Shown here in pieces: positions 41,346 through 51,353 of a stretch of 64,000 nucleotides of DNA. The position numbers were made by a program, and so were the translations under genes. Origin of the DNA: Erysipelotrichaceae bacterium. Its GTDB lineage: Bacteria; Bacillota_I; Bacilli_A; Erysipelotrichales; Erysipelotrichaceae. The first letter of the stretch is position 1, and the number at the start of each line of letters is the position of its first letter. Below the pieces are notes generated by a model, which worked only from the letters and a program-made list of their open reading frames with translations, searched no databases and was not told the DNA's origin. The stretch covers positions 1 through 64,000 of the forward strand of contig JBOFMT010000084.1 in NCBI GenBank assembly GCA_051658525.1, given 5' to 3'.

Positions 41346-42861
41346 TACACACCTCATAAGCTTTCATCATTTGTGTATCTAACGTGTCTTTGTTGAAAAA
41401 CCACGCTCTACTAACACTAGAAAAGAGCGAAGTTAACCCATCATAATCCAAGGTACCACTCACTTCTAAATTTAAATCCGATTGATAGCTTTCCAGAGCA
41501 CGTTGTGTTTGCTCGGAGAAATATCCATCCTTACGATCAACTTCATAGCCTAAAAAATTAAGATATACTTGCATAATCGCAATCTCATCACTTACCATAT
41601 CTTGCTTGAAGATTTCTTCAAATGCAGCTGGAAGATATGTTTGTAATGCTGGATCCAAAGCTACTTCAATATCCGGTTTAATTCCGATTTTATCGATTTT
41701 TTGATTCCCTGCGGTTAGCCACTCTGCTATGGTATATTTCAACATTGAGCCATCATCGAATGGAATTGAAGTTTGAACGGTACCTTTCCCATAGGAATTA
41801 ACACCGATAACCGTGATATCCAAATATTCTTTTAGCGCTGCTGTCAAGACTTCAGAAGCACTTGCTGTTTGTTCATTGATAAGAATTACAATATCTTCAA
41901 ACTTATATTGATTCGCAGCATGTGTTTTGTATTCTGTTAGCTTTCCCTCTTTATCTTCTTGAATCAAAACTACTTGGTTTGCATCTAAAAAGAAGGAAGC
42001 AATTTGAATACATGTTTCCAAGTATCCACCGCCATTATTCCGTAAGTCTAAAATAAGTTGATCTACATTATTTGCCTTAAATTCTTTTAAGTAAGCTTCC
42101 AATTCTTTTGCAGTTGTCGTCGAGAAACTATCCATTTCAATGATACCAATACCTTGGTCTTCATAACCAAACAAGGAGTTACTCACCGCACCTCTTGTAA
42201 TATCCAAGGTAAGCAATTCTGACCCACGTTGAATTCCAATGCTAACTTGTGTCCCTGCTTCCCCCTTCACATTTTCTGCGAGCTTCGATGATGTCCAGTC
42301 TGCTGTGGATTCCCCATTCACAGTTACAATATTATCACCCGCAACAATACCTGCTTGCTCTGCTGGTGAATCTTTAAAAACCTTCTCAATAATAAAAGTT
42401 CCATCGATTGTATAAAACTGCACGCCAATACCGACAAAACTTCCAGATAGGGATGAGGTAAAGCTATTGGCTGTTTCCGCATCCATATAACTTGTATGAA
42501 TATCTCCACCACCATCGACCATCCCATTGATCGCATAATCAATCAATTTATCAGAAATGTTTGTTATATCTTTACCATAATACCATCGTTGATTTAAGAT
42601 TTCAAAAATCGTGTTTAGTTTTCGAAAGCTACCAGTACCACTTCCATCCTGTATGACAGAAGTTGGCATAATTTGTGTTCCGAGTAAGATTCCACATAAA
42701 AAAACAACGACAATTGAAGTCAGACAAAACAACCGTTTGCGTTTTTTCTTTTTACGCTTTTGTATTTCATCTGGCCATAAATGTCGTTCTAGTTTGTAAA
42801 CAACTTTGTTTTCTTTTCCCATAATTTTACCTCTTGTAGTTTTCATTTTAACATACTTCAA
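41335..42861 (-). CDS. S41 carboxyl-terminal processing protease (CtpB-like) with N-terminal TM anchor, PDZ domain and C-terminal peptidoglycan-binding domain
   Basis: [39 protein letters not shown]41 core [13 protein letters not shown]-terminal PG_binding_1-like repeat. Confidence 0.85.
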   Translation of the reverse strand: MKYVKMKTTRGKIMGKENKVVYKLERHLWPDEIQKRKKKKRKRLFCLTSIVVVFLCGILLGTQIMPTSVIQDGSGTGSFRKLNTIFEILNQRWYYGKDITNISDKLIDYAINGMVDGGGDIHTSYMDAETANSFTSSLSGSFVGIGVQFYTIDGTFIIEKVFKDSPAEQAGIVAGDNIVTVNGESTADWTSSKLAENVKGEAGTQVSIGIQRGSELLTLDITRGAVSNSLFGYEDQGIGIIEMDSFSTTTAKELEAYLKEFKANNVDQLILDLRNNGGGYLETCIQIASFFLDANQVVLIQEDKEGKLTEYKTHAANQYKFEDIVILINEQTASASEVLTAALKEYLDITVIGVNSYGKGTVQTSIPFDDGSMLKYTIAEWLTAGNQKIDKIGIKPDIEVALDPALQTYLPAAFEEIFKQDMVSDEIAIMQVYLNFLGYEVDRKDGYFSEQTQRALESYQSDLNLEVSGTLDYDGLTSLFSSVSRAWFFNKDTLDTQMMKAYEVCNGK

Positions 42862-42919
42862 CTATAAACACCCCATATATTGCAACGATAACAAAAAACC
42901 ACCAATTTGGTGGTTTTCG

Positions 42920-44329
42920 TTATACGCCAAATATCGATTCTGGTCGTTCCTTACATGGTGCAGCTACTCCGTTTTCACAACGATATCCTCCGCGCCAGCC
43001 GGTTCCAAAATTGAAATCTCCAGTCGCATTGAATTTTTGTAAAGCGTTGTACATTCCCATAGATCCAAGATTAATTACTTCAATATGAACGTGGGCACCC
43101 GTTGAGTTTCCACTCGTTCCAATTGCTCCTATAACTTGACCTTGATTTACACTACTTAATCCTTTTGCAACGAAATTTTCTCGTGCCATATGATTGTAAT
43201 GTACTGCATAGGTCGTTCCCGCAACTTCCATAACCATTAAGACAGTATTTCCACCTCCGGTTGGATAGCCACAGCGATCTCCCAAACCTGCACTGTAGGT
43301 TGGACAAGGGTTATTCGCATAGAGGATAAGTGCATTAGCTGGTGCAACCAAAGGTGTTCCTACAGCTGCTGCGTAGTCAACTCCTTGGTGTAATCCACCA
43401 CCGAAACTCGCTGGATAATTCCAGGTTCCTGCACTTTTATAATAGCTTCCACGTACTGGGAAAACAAACCCAGTATTCGTTTCAACATTAGGTAAATCTT
43501 CCGGTCTGGAAGTATTGATGTTCGGCATGTTATTCGCTATTGTACTCAAAGATACTTGTTGCTCACGATAACTTGCCTCATACTCCGCTTCTTTGGATTT
43601 ATAGCTTGCCATCAATTCATTGTTTTTATTTTGCAAAGAAACAAGCACTGCCTTTTGTTCAACCAGCCCTGCTTTTTGTTCATCCAATGTTTCTTTTTGG
43701 CGCTCTAATTCCTTTTTATCAGCATTCAAGGCATCCATATCTTCTTTCAATAAAGCAATTTGCTCTTTGTCATAAGATGTGATTTTTTCAACTCCTGATG
43801 CACGTCGCACCAAATCCACAAGGTCATTAGCACCCATAATGAAATCAATATAACCATTGACTCCAATAAACTGTTGCATCGCAACCATACGCAATTTGAT
43901 TTGTTCATCACGTGCATCGATATCTTTTTGTTTTTCTTCAATTTCTTCTTCTAACTGAAGAATGTTTTTTTCCATTTTTGTGATATTTTTTTCTACGGTT
44001 GCTAAACGACTTTCTACAGTCTTAACATCAGCATTGATTTCATTGATCGTTGCCATCAACTTTGACATATCACCTTTGATCGATGCTAAATCACCTTCTA
44101 TTTTATCTAAATTATCCAAGATTCCTTGTTGTAGACTTGCATAGTATTTTTTAAATGAGACACACGTTGCTACATCAGCATCCGTTTTTAATATCCCGGC
44201 GCAAAAGTCCAGATAGTAATCTTCTTGTCCTTGAAATTGGCTAACGGCATTGATTTCGATCGATGGTACAGCCAATAATAATAAAGCACAAAAGCTAATA
44301 AGCAATCGTTTCTTTTTCATCGTTTCCAC
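42920..44329 (-). CDS. Secreted coiled-coil + M23 (LytM) peptidase, likely FtsEX-controlled cell-wall hydrolase (EnvC/PcsB-analogue)
   Basis: Signal peptide, then ~250 aa coiled coil, then an M23 domain with intact catalytic HxxxD (LHQGVDY) and HxH (AHVHIE) motifs. Lies immediately downstream of ftsX. Confidence 0.8.
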   Translation of the reverse strand: METMKKKRLLISFCALLLLAVPSIEINAVSQFQGQEDYYLDFCAGILKTDADVATCVSFKKYYASLQQGILDNLDKIEGDLASIKGDMSKLMATINEINADVKTVESRLATVEKNITKMEKNILQLEEEIEEKQKDIDARDEQIKLRMVAMQQFIGVNGYIDFIMGANDLVDLVRRASGVEKITSYDKEQIALLKEDMDALNADKKELERQKETLDEQKAGLVEQKAVLVSLQNKNNELMASYKSKEAEYEASYREQQVSLSTIANNMPNINTSRPEDLPNVETNTGFVFPVRGSYYKSAGTWNYPASFGGGLHQGVDYAAAVGTPLVAPANALILYANNPCPTYSAGLGDRCGYPTGGGNTVLMVMEVAGTTYAVHYNHMARENFVAKGLSSVNQGQVIGAIGTSGNSTGAHVHIEVINLGSMGMYNALQKFNATGDFNFGTGWRGGYRCENGVAAPCKERPESIFGV

Positions 44330-45240
44330 CTCAAGTATTTCCCAACAGAAAATAAGCTTCCCAATAAACCAACACCAATCCCCACAGCAATCATCAGATA
44401 CGTAATATCAATTACAAATGGGAACACCGGTTGTAAAACAAACATATTCGAGAATAACATTCCATTCAATGATTCATAGAAATAATGATATCCAATAATC
44501 AAAGTAGCAACTGGAATAATCGATCCTAACAATCCAATGATCATTCCCTCGAACATAAATGGCATTCGAATAAAATTATTCGTTGCACCAACATTACGCA
44601 TAATAGCAATTTCATTTGCACGTGCATGAATGGTGATTTTAATCGTGTTGGAAATCAAGAAAATTGCCAACATTGACAATGCTGCAACAAAAATAAATCC
44701 ACCAATTCGAATAGAATTAAACGATTCAATCATTTGCATTGTTGAACTACCACCATACTCAGCTGACTCAACACCGTCGATTGCTAAGATTTTAGCTGTT
44801 ACTTCATCAATGTAAAATTTATCATTTACATCAATAATATATGCATCTCGCATCGGATTACTCTCTCCGCGATAAATAGCAAACATTTCTCCTGATTCAC
44901 CAAATGACTCAATGAATAATTCCAACTCATCTTCTTTGGATGAGAAACTAACTTTTCCAATATTTTGAATACTACGAATACTCGTACCAACCTCTTGCAC
45001 TTCATTTTCTGTTAAGGTCGCATCCACAGTAACGTGAATTTGTACACCATCTTCAATATTTCTAGTAAACCCTGCAATATTTCCTGCAACCACAACGAAC
45101 AACATAATTAAAATTAACGTTACACAAACCGCACTTGAAGCCGATAATGACATTGCTAAATGACGGTAAACATTTTTAAATGCTGTTTTCATGTGGTATG
45201 GAATAAATTTAATAAATCTAATCATACGTAATATATCCAC
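44317..45240 (-). CDS. ftsX: Cell division permease FtsX
   Basis: 307 aa with four TM helices and a large extracellular loop. Follows ftsE. Confidence 0.88.
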   Translation of the reverse strand: MDILRMIRFIKFIPYHMKTAFKNVYRHLAMSLSASSAVCVTLILIMLFVVVAGNIAGFTRNIEDGVQIHVTVDATLTENEVQEVGTSIRSIQNIGKVSFSSKEDELELFIESFGESGEMFAIYRGESNPMRDAYIIDVNDKFYIDEVTAKILAIDGVESAEYGGSSTMQMIESFNSIRIGGFIFVAALSMLAIFLISNTIKITIHARANEIAIMRNVGATNNFIRMPFMFEGMIIGLLGSIIPVATLIIGYHYFYESLNGMLFSNMFVLQPVFPFVIDITYLMIAVGIGVGLLGSLFSVGKYLRWKR

Positions 45241-45907
45241 CTTTCGACAAGTCAGCTGCTATATACCCACCTTGCAATGCAATGGTACGTTTTTTCAACT
45301 GTTCTACTAAGGTAATATCATGTGTTACCATTAAGATTGTCGTTTTTTCTTCATCGTTGATGTGCTGCAACAACTCCATGATTTCCAATGATTTTTCTGG
45401 ATCTAAGTTACCCGTAGGTTCATCACAAATCAACACCTTCGGTTTATTGGCAATTGCACGTGCAATTGCTACACGTTGTTGTTGACCACCCGATAACTCG
45501 CGTGGAAACGATTTGGCTTTATCGGTTAATTCAACAAGTTCTAGTACTTCGCGTACACGGCGTCGAATTTCAATTTTATCGGTCCCAATGACTTCCATTG
45601 CAAATGCGATATTTTCAAATATTGTTTTGTTCGGTAATAACTTAAAATCTTGGAAGACTACACCGATATTACGACGATAAATTGGTACTTTTGAGTGTTT
45701 CAATTTTCCAACATTAATATTTGCAACTTCAACCAATCCTTGAGTTGGAATTTCTTCTCCATCCAAAAGTTTAATTAATGTTGATTTTCCCGATCCGGTT
45801 GGACCAATAATATAAACGAATTCTCCTTCTCCGATGTGCAAATTTACATCGACCAAGGCTTTTACCCCATTTTTATAGGATTTCGATACATTTTCTAATT
45901 TGATCAT
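45218..45907 (-). CDS. ftsE: Cell division ATP-binding protein FtsE
   Basis: ABC ATPase: GPTGSGKST, LSGGQQQRVAIARA, ILCDEPTGNLD. Start set at MIKLENVSKSYK (45907). Confidence 0.92.
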   Translation of the reverse strand: MIKLENVSKSYKNGVKALVDVNLHIGEGEFVYIIGPTGSGKSTLIKLLDGEEIPTQGLVEVANINVGKLKHSKVPIYRRNIGVVFQDFKLLPNKTIFENIAFAMEVIGTDKIEIRRRVREVLELVELTDKAKSFPRELSGGQQQRVAIARAIANKPKVLICDEPTGNLDPEKSLEIMELLQHINDEEKTTILMVTHDITLVEQLKKRTIALQGGYIAADLSKGGYITYD

Positions 45908-45932
45908 GTCAACTTCCCTACCTTTAGCTTCG

Positions 45933-46796
45933 TTATAAGGTTTCTCGATATGAGAACCCCAATCCTTTAACATCTTTTGTTTCCGAAATGATCATGAAGG
46001 CATTTGGGTCAATTTCAGTGACCAAACGCTGCAAATCGTGATATTGGCGTTGTGATATTACAACAAGTACCACTGGTTTTTTGACTCTAGAGTATCCACC
46101 CATTGCTTCTAACAACGTAACTCCGCGTTCTATTTTAGAGTAGATTCCTTGTACAATTGCTTCATGTTCATCAGAAATAATCATAACGGATTTCGATTCA
46201 TGTGCTCCAAGCATAATCATTTTATTGATCATGAACGTTGAAATCCAAACCGCGATCAACCCAATTAATGCGGCTTCAACACCAAACACCAATGCACCCA
46301 ACCCTACAGTTAAGGCATCAGTAATTAAAACTAACTTGGGTAATGCAATACCCGTATATTTATTAACAATCAATGGTGGAATATCCATTCCTCCAGTGGA
46401 TGCACCACTGCGGAATACTAGCCCTACACCGATACCGATTAGAGCTCCTCCATAAATTGAAGACAACAGTAAATTTTCCGTAATAACAACTTGATTCGCT
46501 ACCGAACTAAACATTGTTAAAAATGTTGGATAAACGATTGAGCTAACCAAAGTTTTCGCCGCAAAATTCTTCCCTAAAATTAAGAATCCAATCACAAAAA
46601 AACCGATGGTAAGAACATTGATCATCACTTGAGGTTCGATGTTCGTAAATGGCTGCGTTGCAATAGCAATCCCCGCCAAACCACCTGATAGAATACTATT
46701 CGGGAGAATAAAAAAGGCTATACCTGCACTTAAAACTACATTTCCTAAAATTACAACCAATAAATCAATCAATACGTTCTTTTTATTTTTCGCCAT
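45933..46796 (-). CDS. YitT-family membrane protein (DUF161 + DUF2179)
   Basis: 287 aa, 5-6 TM helices plus a C-terminal DUF2179-like soluble domain. Confidence 0.75.
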   Translation of the reverse strand: MAKNKKNVLIDLLVVILGNVVLSAGIAFFILPNSILSGGLAGIAIATQPFTNIEPQVMINVLTIGFFVIGFLILGKNFAAKTLVSSIVYPTFLTMFSSVANQVVITENLLLSSIYGGALIGIGVGLVFRSGASTGGMDIPPLIVNKYTGIALPKLVLITDALTVGLGALVFGVEAALIGLIAVWISTFMINKMIMLGAHESKSVMIISDEHEAIVQGIYSKIERGVTLLEAMGGYSRVKKPVVLVVISQRQYHDLQRLVTEIDPNAFMIISETKDVKGLGFSYRETL

Positions 46797-46837
46797 TACT
46801 CACACTCCCTTTGACATAAGTATAACACACATCAAAA

Positions 46838-46866
46838 ATGAAAAAAATAGCTGAGGGACATCTCAG
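46838..46866 (-). terminator. Terminator after prfB
   Basis: AGCTGAGGGACATCTCAGCT followed by a T-run on the minus strand. Confidence 0.65.
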
Positions 46867-47967
46867 CTATTTTATTAAACTTTTTAAATATGCAAAAATA
46901 AACTCATCCAATTTACCATCCATAACAGATTGTGTTTGACTAGTTTCGTAGTTGGTGCGGTGATCTTTTACCATGGCGTAAGGATGAAAAACATACGATC
47001 TGATTTGTGATCCCCATTCAATGGCTTTTTGCTCCCCTTTAATTTCCAACAATTTTGCTTCTTGTTCTTCAATCATGCGTTGGTATAATTTAGATTTAAT
47101 TACATTCATCGCACTGTCTTTATTATCATGTTGACTGCGTCCATTCTGACAATTTGCTACAATACCTGTTGGTTTATGCGTAATGCGCACCGCAGAATCG
47201 GTTTTATTAACATGTTGTCCACCTGCTCCACTTGCTCGATGTGTTTCAATCACAAGATCATTCGGATCCAATTGGATTTCCACTTCATCATGAAACTCTG
47301 GCATAATATCAACACTTGCAAAGGATGTATGGCGGCGCCCTGAAGAATCAAATGGGGAAATCCGAACCAAACGGTGTACCCCTTTTTCAGCCTTTAAATA
47401 TCCATAGGCCAAATCGCCTTCTACAAGAATGGATACACTTTTAATCCCAGCTTCATCTCCAGCTTGGTAATCCAAGACGCTAACTTTATAATCATGCGCT
47501 TGTGCCCATCGACCATACATTCGGTACAACATTTCAGCCCAATCTTGCGATTCGGTACCACCTGCACCCGGATGAATTTCGATAATTGCACTAGAATGGT
47601 CATATTCATGGGATAAAAGCACCATGATCTCAAACGCTTCAAACTGCGTTGTCAACTCTTCTAGTTCCATTTCACATAACTCCATCAAGTCAGCATCAAA
47701 ATCTTGTTTTAACATCGTTGCTGTTTCTTCCATATTTTTAAAACCAACATCCAACGTTTCAAACTTTTCAGTAATCGCGACTAAATTATTCTTTTCACTG
47801 ATAACTTTTTGAGACTCCTTGTGATCATTCCAAAAGTTTGCATCTAACATTAACGTTTCCAGGCGTTCAATGGTTTGTTTTTTTGTTTCGACATCCAATG
47901 ACTGAGAAAACTGAGCCATTTTATTTCGATGGTAATCTACTATTTGCTTTAATTCATACAATTCCAT
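46867..47967 (-). CDS. prfB: Peptide chain release factor 2, encoded in a single frame (no programmed +1 frameshift)
   Basis: 366 aa. SPF motif (RISPFDSSGRRHTSF) and GGQ (GAGGQHVN). The N-terminus MELYEL...FSQSLDVE reads TCA TTG GAT GTC in frame at the position of the canonical CTT TGA C shift site. Confidence 0.93.
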   Translation of the reverse strand: MELYELKQIVDYHRNKMAQFSQSLDVETKKQTIERLETLMLDANFWNDHKESQKVISEKNNLVAITEKFETLDVGFKNMEETATMLKQDFDADLMELCEMELEELTTQFEAFEIMVLLSHEYDHSSAIIEIHPGAGGTESQDWAEMLYRMYGRWAQAHDYKVSVLDYQAGDEAGIKSVSILVEGDLAYGYLKAEKGVHRLVRISPFDSSGRRHTSFASVDIMPEFHDEVEIQLDPNDLVIETHRASGAGGQHVNKTDSAVRITHKPTGIVANCQNGRSQHDNKDSAMNVIKSKLYQRMIEEQEAKLLEIKGEQKAIEWGSQIRSYVFHPYAMVKDHRTNYETSQTQSVMDGKLDEFIFAYLKSLIK

Positions 47968-47971
47968 ACGT

Positions 47972-50308
47972 CTACCGTTTTTCTATTTTAATTTTTAAAC
48001 AATACGTTACAATATCACGAGCAATCGTTTCCATCATCGTTTCAAACATCTCATAACCTTCACTTACATAAGCTTGTAAAGGATTGCTTTGTGCATAAGA
48101 GCGTAAGTGAATTCCGTTTCTCAATTTATCCATTGTATCGATATGTTCAATCCAAGAACGGTCCATGAGTTTCAACACGACGTTACGTTCAATTGCCGCA
48201 AAGTGTTCTTTGAATTCTTCAATTTTTTCATTGTATTGTGCCCAAACAGCAGCTTGAACCAAATCAATGACTTCATCGATTGATTTTTCAAACAACATTT
48301 CTTTGGTAACGACACCTTCCATAACACCCAATACTTCTAATCCTTGCAATAAAGACTCAACATTCAATACCGGTTCACGTTTGCTGCGATCCACATTGTG
48401 ATTTACTGTCATTGAAAGAATACGATCGAAATTATCGCGTACAACATTATGTACATCTTCATTTTCCAAAATAAAGTTACGTTGTTCATAAACAATCTCA
48501 CGTTGTTGACGTAATACATCATCGTAATCCAATAAAGACTTACGAACATCAAAGTTTACACCTTCAACACGTTTTTGGGCACTACCAATAGCTCTTGTTA
48601 CTACTTTACTTTCAATTTGTTGGTCACCAAGTGTTGCGAAAATACCTTGTAGTCTTTCACCACCAAATCGAATCATCAAATCATCACGAAGAGATACATA
48701 GAATCTGGAGTATCCAGGATCTCCCTGACGACCAGAACGACCACGTAATTGGTTATCAATACGTCTTGATTCATGACGCTCAGAACCAATGACAGCCAAT
48801 CCACCCAATTGTTTTGATTCATCGGATAGCTTGATATCGGTACCACGACCTGCCATATTGGTTGCAATTGTTACTGCTTTTACCTGACCGGCATTTTTAA
48901 TGATTTCCGCTTCTCTTTCATGGTTCTTCGCATTTAACACTTCATGCTTGATACCACGTTTTCTTAGTGTTTGTGATAGGATCTCACTCGTTTCCACAGA
49001 AATCGTTCCCAATAAGACAGGTTGCCCTTTTTCGTACAATTCTGCTACTTCATTAGCTATTGCCTGATATTTTAACTCATGCGTTGCGTAAATTGCATCT
49101 GGAAGATCCTTTCTAGCAATTGGGCGATTCGTAGGAATTTCAATAACACGCATGTTATAAATGCTTAGGAACTCTTCCTCTTCTGTTTTCGCAGTACCCG
49201 TCATACCAGAAAGTTTCTTGTAAAGACGGAAGAAATTTTGATACGTAATTGTAGCTAGTGTAGAGGTTTCTTGTTTAATTTTAACCCCTTCTTTTGCTTC
49301 AATCGCTTGATGCAATCCATCAGAATAGGCTCTACCTTTCATCATACGACCAGTAAACTGGTCAACGATTACGATTTCATTATCTTGTACCACATATTCC
49401 ACATCACTCATCATAATATAATTCGCTTTTAGTGCTTGTTGAATGTGATGTACCAATTGGGTATGTTTTACTTCATATAAGTTGTCAATTTTAAATAAGG
49501 ACTCAGCTTTTTTCACACCTGCTTCGCTCAAGTTGATTTGACGTGTTTTGATATCAATTTCATAGTCTTCTTCTACTAACATCTTAGCAAAACGATCTGC
49601 TTGAATATATAAATTTGCTGTTTGACGTGCTCCACCGGAAATAATAAGTGGTGTGCGTGATTCATCGACTAAGATCGAATCGACTTCATCGACGATTGCG
49701 TAGTTTAATTCGCGTAACACACGTTCTCGAACATCAGTAACCATATTATCGCGTAAGTAATCGAATCCTATTTCCGCATTGGTTGTATAGGTAATGTCCA
49801 TTTCAAATACAGCTCGTTTTTGTTCTTTCGTCAATGCGCGTTGATTCACACCAACACTCAAACCTAAGAAACGATAAATACGACCATTATTTTCAGCATC
49901 ACGTGCAGCTAAATATTCATTGACAGTTACAACATGAACACCTTTTCCAGTCAATGCATTCAAATACACAGATAATACAGACGTTAAGGTTTTCCCTTCC
50001 CCTGTTTTCATTTCTGCGATATCTCCACGATGCAAGACAATCCCACCGACCAATTGCACCATATATGGATACTCGTTGTTTACACGTTTACTAGCTTCAC
50101 GTACAACTGCAAAAGCTTCTACCAACAAATCATCCAACGTTTCACCATTTGCTAATCGTTGTTTGAACTCCGTTGTCTTCGCTTGTAATTCTATATCTGT
50201 CAATGCATCCATTTGTGTACTCAATGCATCAATTTTAGTTGCAATGCGATTCATATCCTTTAACATCTTTTTTTCGCCACTGAATAATTTATCAAACCAT
50301 GCTGCCAT
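47972..50308 (-). CDS. secA: Preprotein translocase ATPase SecA
   Basis: Motor domain motifs (GEGKTL, MAGRGTDI). Start set at MAAWFDKLF (50308) with a GGAGG RBS. The ORF-track 5' extension lacks an RBS. Confidence 0.95.
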   Translation of the reverse strand: MAAWFDKLFSGEKKMLKDMNRIATKIDALSTQMDALTDIELQAKTTEFKQRLANGETLDDLLVEAFAVVREASKRVNNEYPYMVQLVGGIVLHRGDIAEMKTGEGKTLTSVLSVYLNALTGKGVHVVTVNEYLAARDAENNGRIYRFLGLSVGVNQRALTKEQKRAVFEMDITYTTNAEIGFDYLRDNMVTDVRERVLRELNYAIVDEVDSILVDESRTPLIISGGARQTANLYIQADRFAKMLVEEDYEIDIKTRQINLSEAGVKKAESLFKIDNLYEVKHTQLVHHIQQALKANYIMMSDVEYVVQDNEIVIVDQFTGRMMKGRAYSDGLHQAIEAKEGVKIKQETSTLATITYQNFFRLYKKLSGMTGTAKTEEEEFLSIYNMRVIEIPTNRPIARKDLPDAIYATHELKYQAIANEVAELYEKGQPVLLGTISVETSEILSQTLRKRGIKHEVLNAKNHEREAEIIKNAGQVKAVTIATNMAGRGTDIKLSDESKQLGGLAVIGSERHESRRIDNQLRGRSGRQGDPGYSRFYVSLRDDLMIRFGGERLQGIFATLGDQQIESKVVTRAIGSAQKRVEGVNFDVRKSLLDYDDVLRQQREIVYEQRNFILENEDVHNVVRDNFDRILSMTVNHNVDRSKREPVLNVESLLQGLEVLGVMEGVVTKEMLFEKSIDEVIDLVQAAVWAQYNEKIEEFKEHFAAIERNVVLKLMDRSWIEHIDTMDKLRNGIHLRSYAQSNPLQAYVSEGYEMFETMMETIARDIVTYCLKIKIEKR

Positions 50309-50406
50309 ATAACATCCTCCATACTTACAACAGTTTTTATTTTTTATATCATAACATAGAATAGAGCAAACAAAAAGGTAAGCAATGCTCACCCTCTTGT
50401 TTTTTT

Positions 50407-50604
50407 TTATTGTTTAACGATATTATGAGCTTGTTGACCACGATCAGTTTCAACAACATCATACGATACGATTGCATCGTTTTCGATTGTTTTGAAACCT
50501 TCCATCACTAATTGTGAATAGTGGAAGAATACGTCTTTCCCCTCTTCGGAAGTAATGAAACCGTAACCTTTTTCTTGGTTAAACATTTTTACTTTTCCTT
50601 GCAT
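50407..50604 (-). CDS. Cold-shock protein (CspA family)
   Basis: 65 aa. GKVKMFNQEKGYGFI (RNP1), VFFHYS (RNP2). Confidence 0.93.
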   Translation of the reverse strand: MQGKVKMFNQEKGYGFITSEEGKDVFFHYSQLVMEGFKTIENDAIVSYDVVETDRGQQAHNIVKQ

Positions 50605-50753
50605 GTTCTATCCTATACCTTTCTATGCTTGCGTCTGCAATTACACATTATCATTATAAACTGAATCTTTTTTTTATTCAATATGTAGAAGGCTATTTTT
50701 GGGCACTTTTACACATCTTTCAGTAACACTTTTCATTTTTTTACATTTTCTCA

Positions 50754-51353
50754 TCATTTTTTTACGGTGATGGCGAAAACCCTTACCGTTGCCTGTTTAT
50801 CGGCTAATTGATCATAACAAGTTCGTATGGTATTTCCAGTTGTTACAACATCATCAACTAGTAAAACCCTTTCAGGAATCTGGGTTTTCCGGCACGTAAT
50901 CGCGTCATGAATTTCAACTCGTTTCGACCTATTTTTCTTCTTTTGCTGGTAACTCTCCGCCTTATCAAATACCTCAATCTTCACCAAATTTACCTCTTCA
51001 AAAAGCAACCGAAGTGGGAGAAATCCTCGGTCTATGGTTTTACTCGATGAACTTGGAACAAAAACGATCGTGTAGCCTTGGTAGCGCTGCTCTATCTGCT
51101 TACAAAAAGGTCGAAGAAACACCGGGGCTAATGCAACATCACGCGCTTCTTTAAATTGATATAATAAATTTTCAATCGTTTCATCGTATTGATAACAATA
51201 ATCTATTGCAATATCTAATCTTGTTATGGGTTGCTTTGATATTTGAAATTGCTGGCGACAATCCCCACAAACGCAATCCCTTTGCAAAAGATATTGAAAC
51301 AGACCCAAACCACAATTTAGATCCTTCATACAGATTCTACACAATGCTTCCAT
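50754..51353 (-). CDS. comFC: Competence protein ComFC (phosphoribosyltransferase-like)
   Basis: N-terminal Cys cluster. PRTase motif VLLVDDVVTTGNT. Confidence 0.85.
   Translation of the reverse strand: MEALCRICMKDLNCGLGLFQYLLQRDCVCGDCRQQFQISKQPITRLDIAIDYCYQYDETIENLLYQFKEARDVALAPVFLRPFCKQIEQRYQGYTIVFVPSSSSKTIDRGFLPLRLLFEEVNLVKIEVFDKAESYQQKKKNRSKRVEIHDAITCRKTQIPERVLLVDDVVTTGNTIRTCYDQLADKQATVRVFAITVKK

Noticed and set aside
47880-47967. Expected programmed +1 frameshift (CTT TGA C) in prfB, which could appear as a pseudogene or split ORF
   Set aside because: The ORF is continuous (TCA TTG GAT). It is a genuine single-frame RF2 and not a disrupted gene. It is reported as a finding instead.
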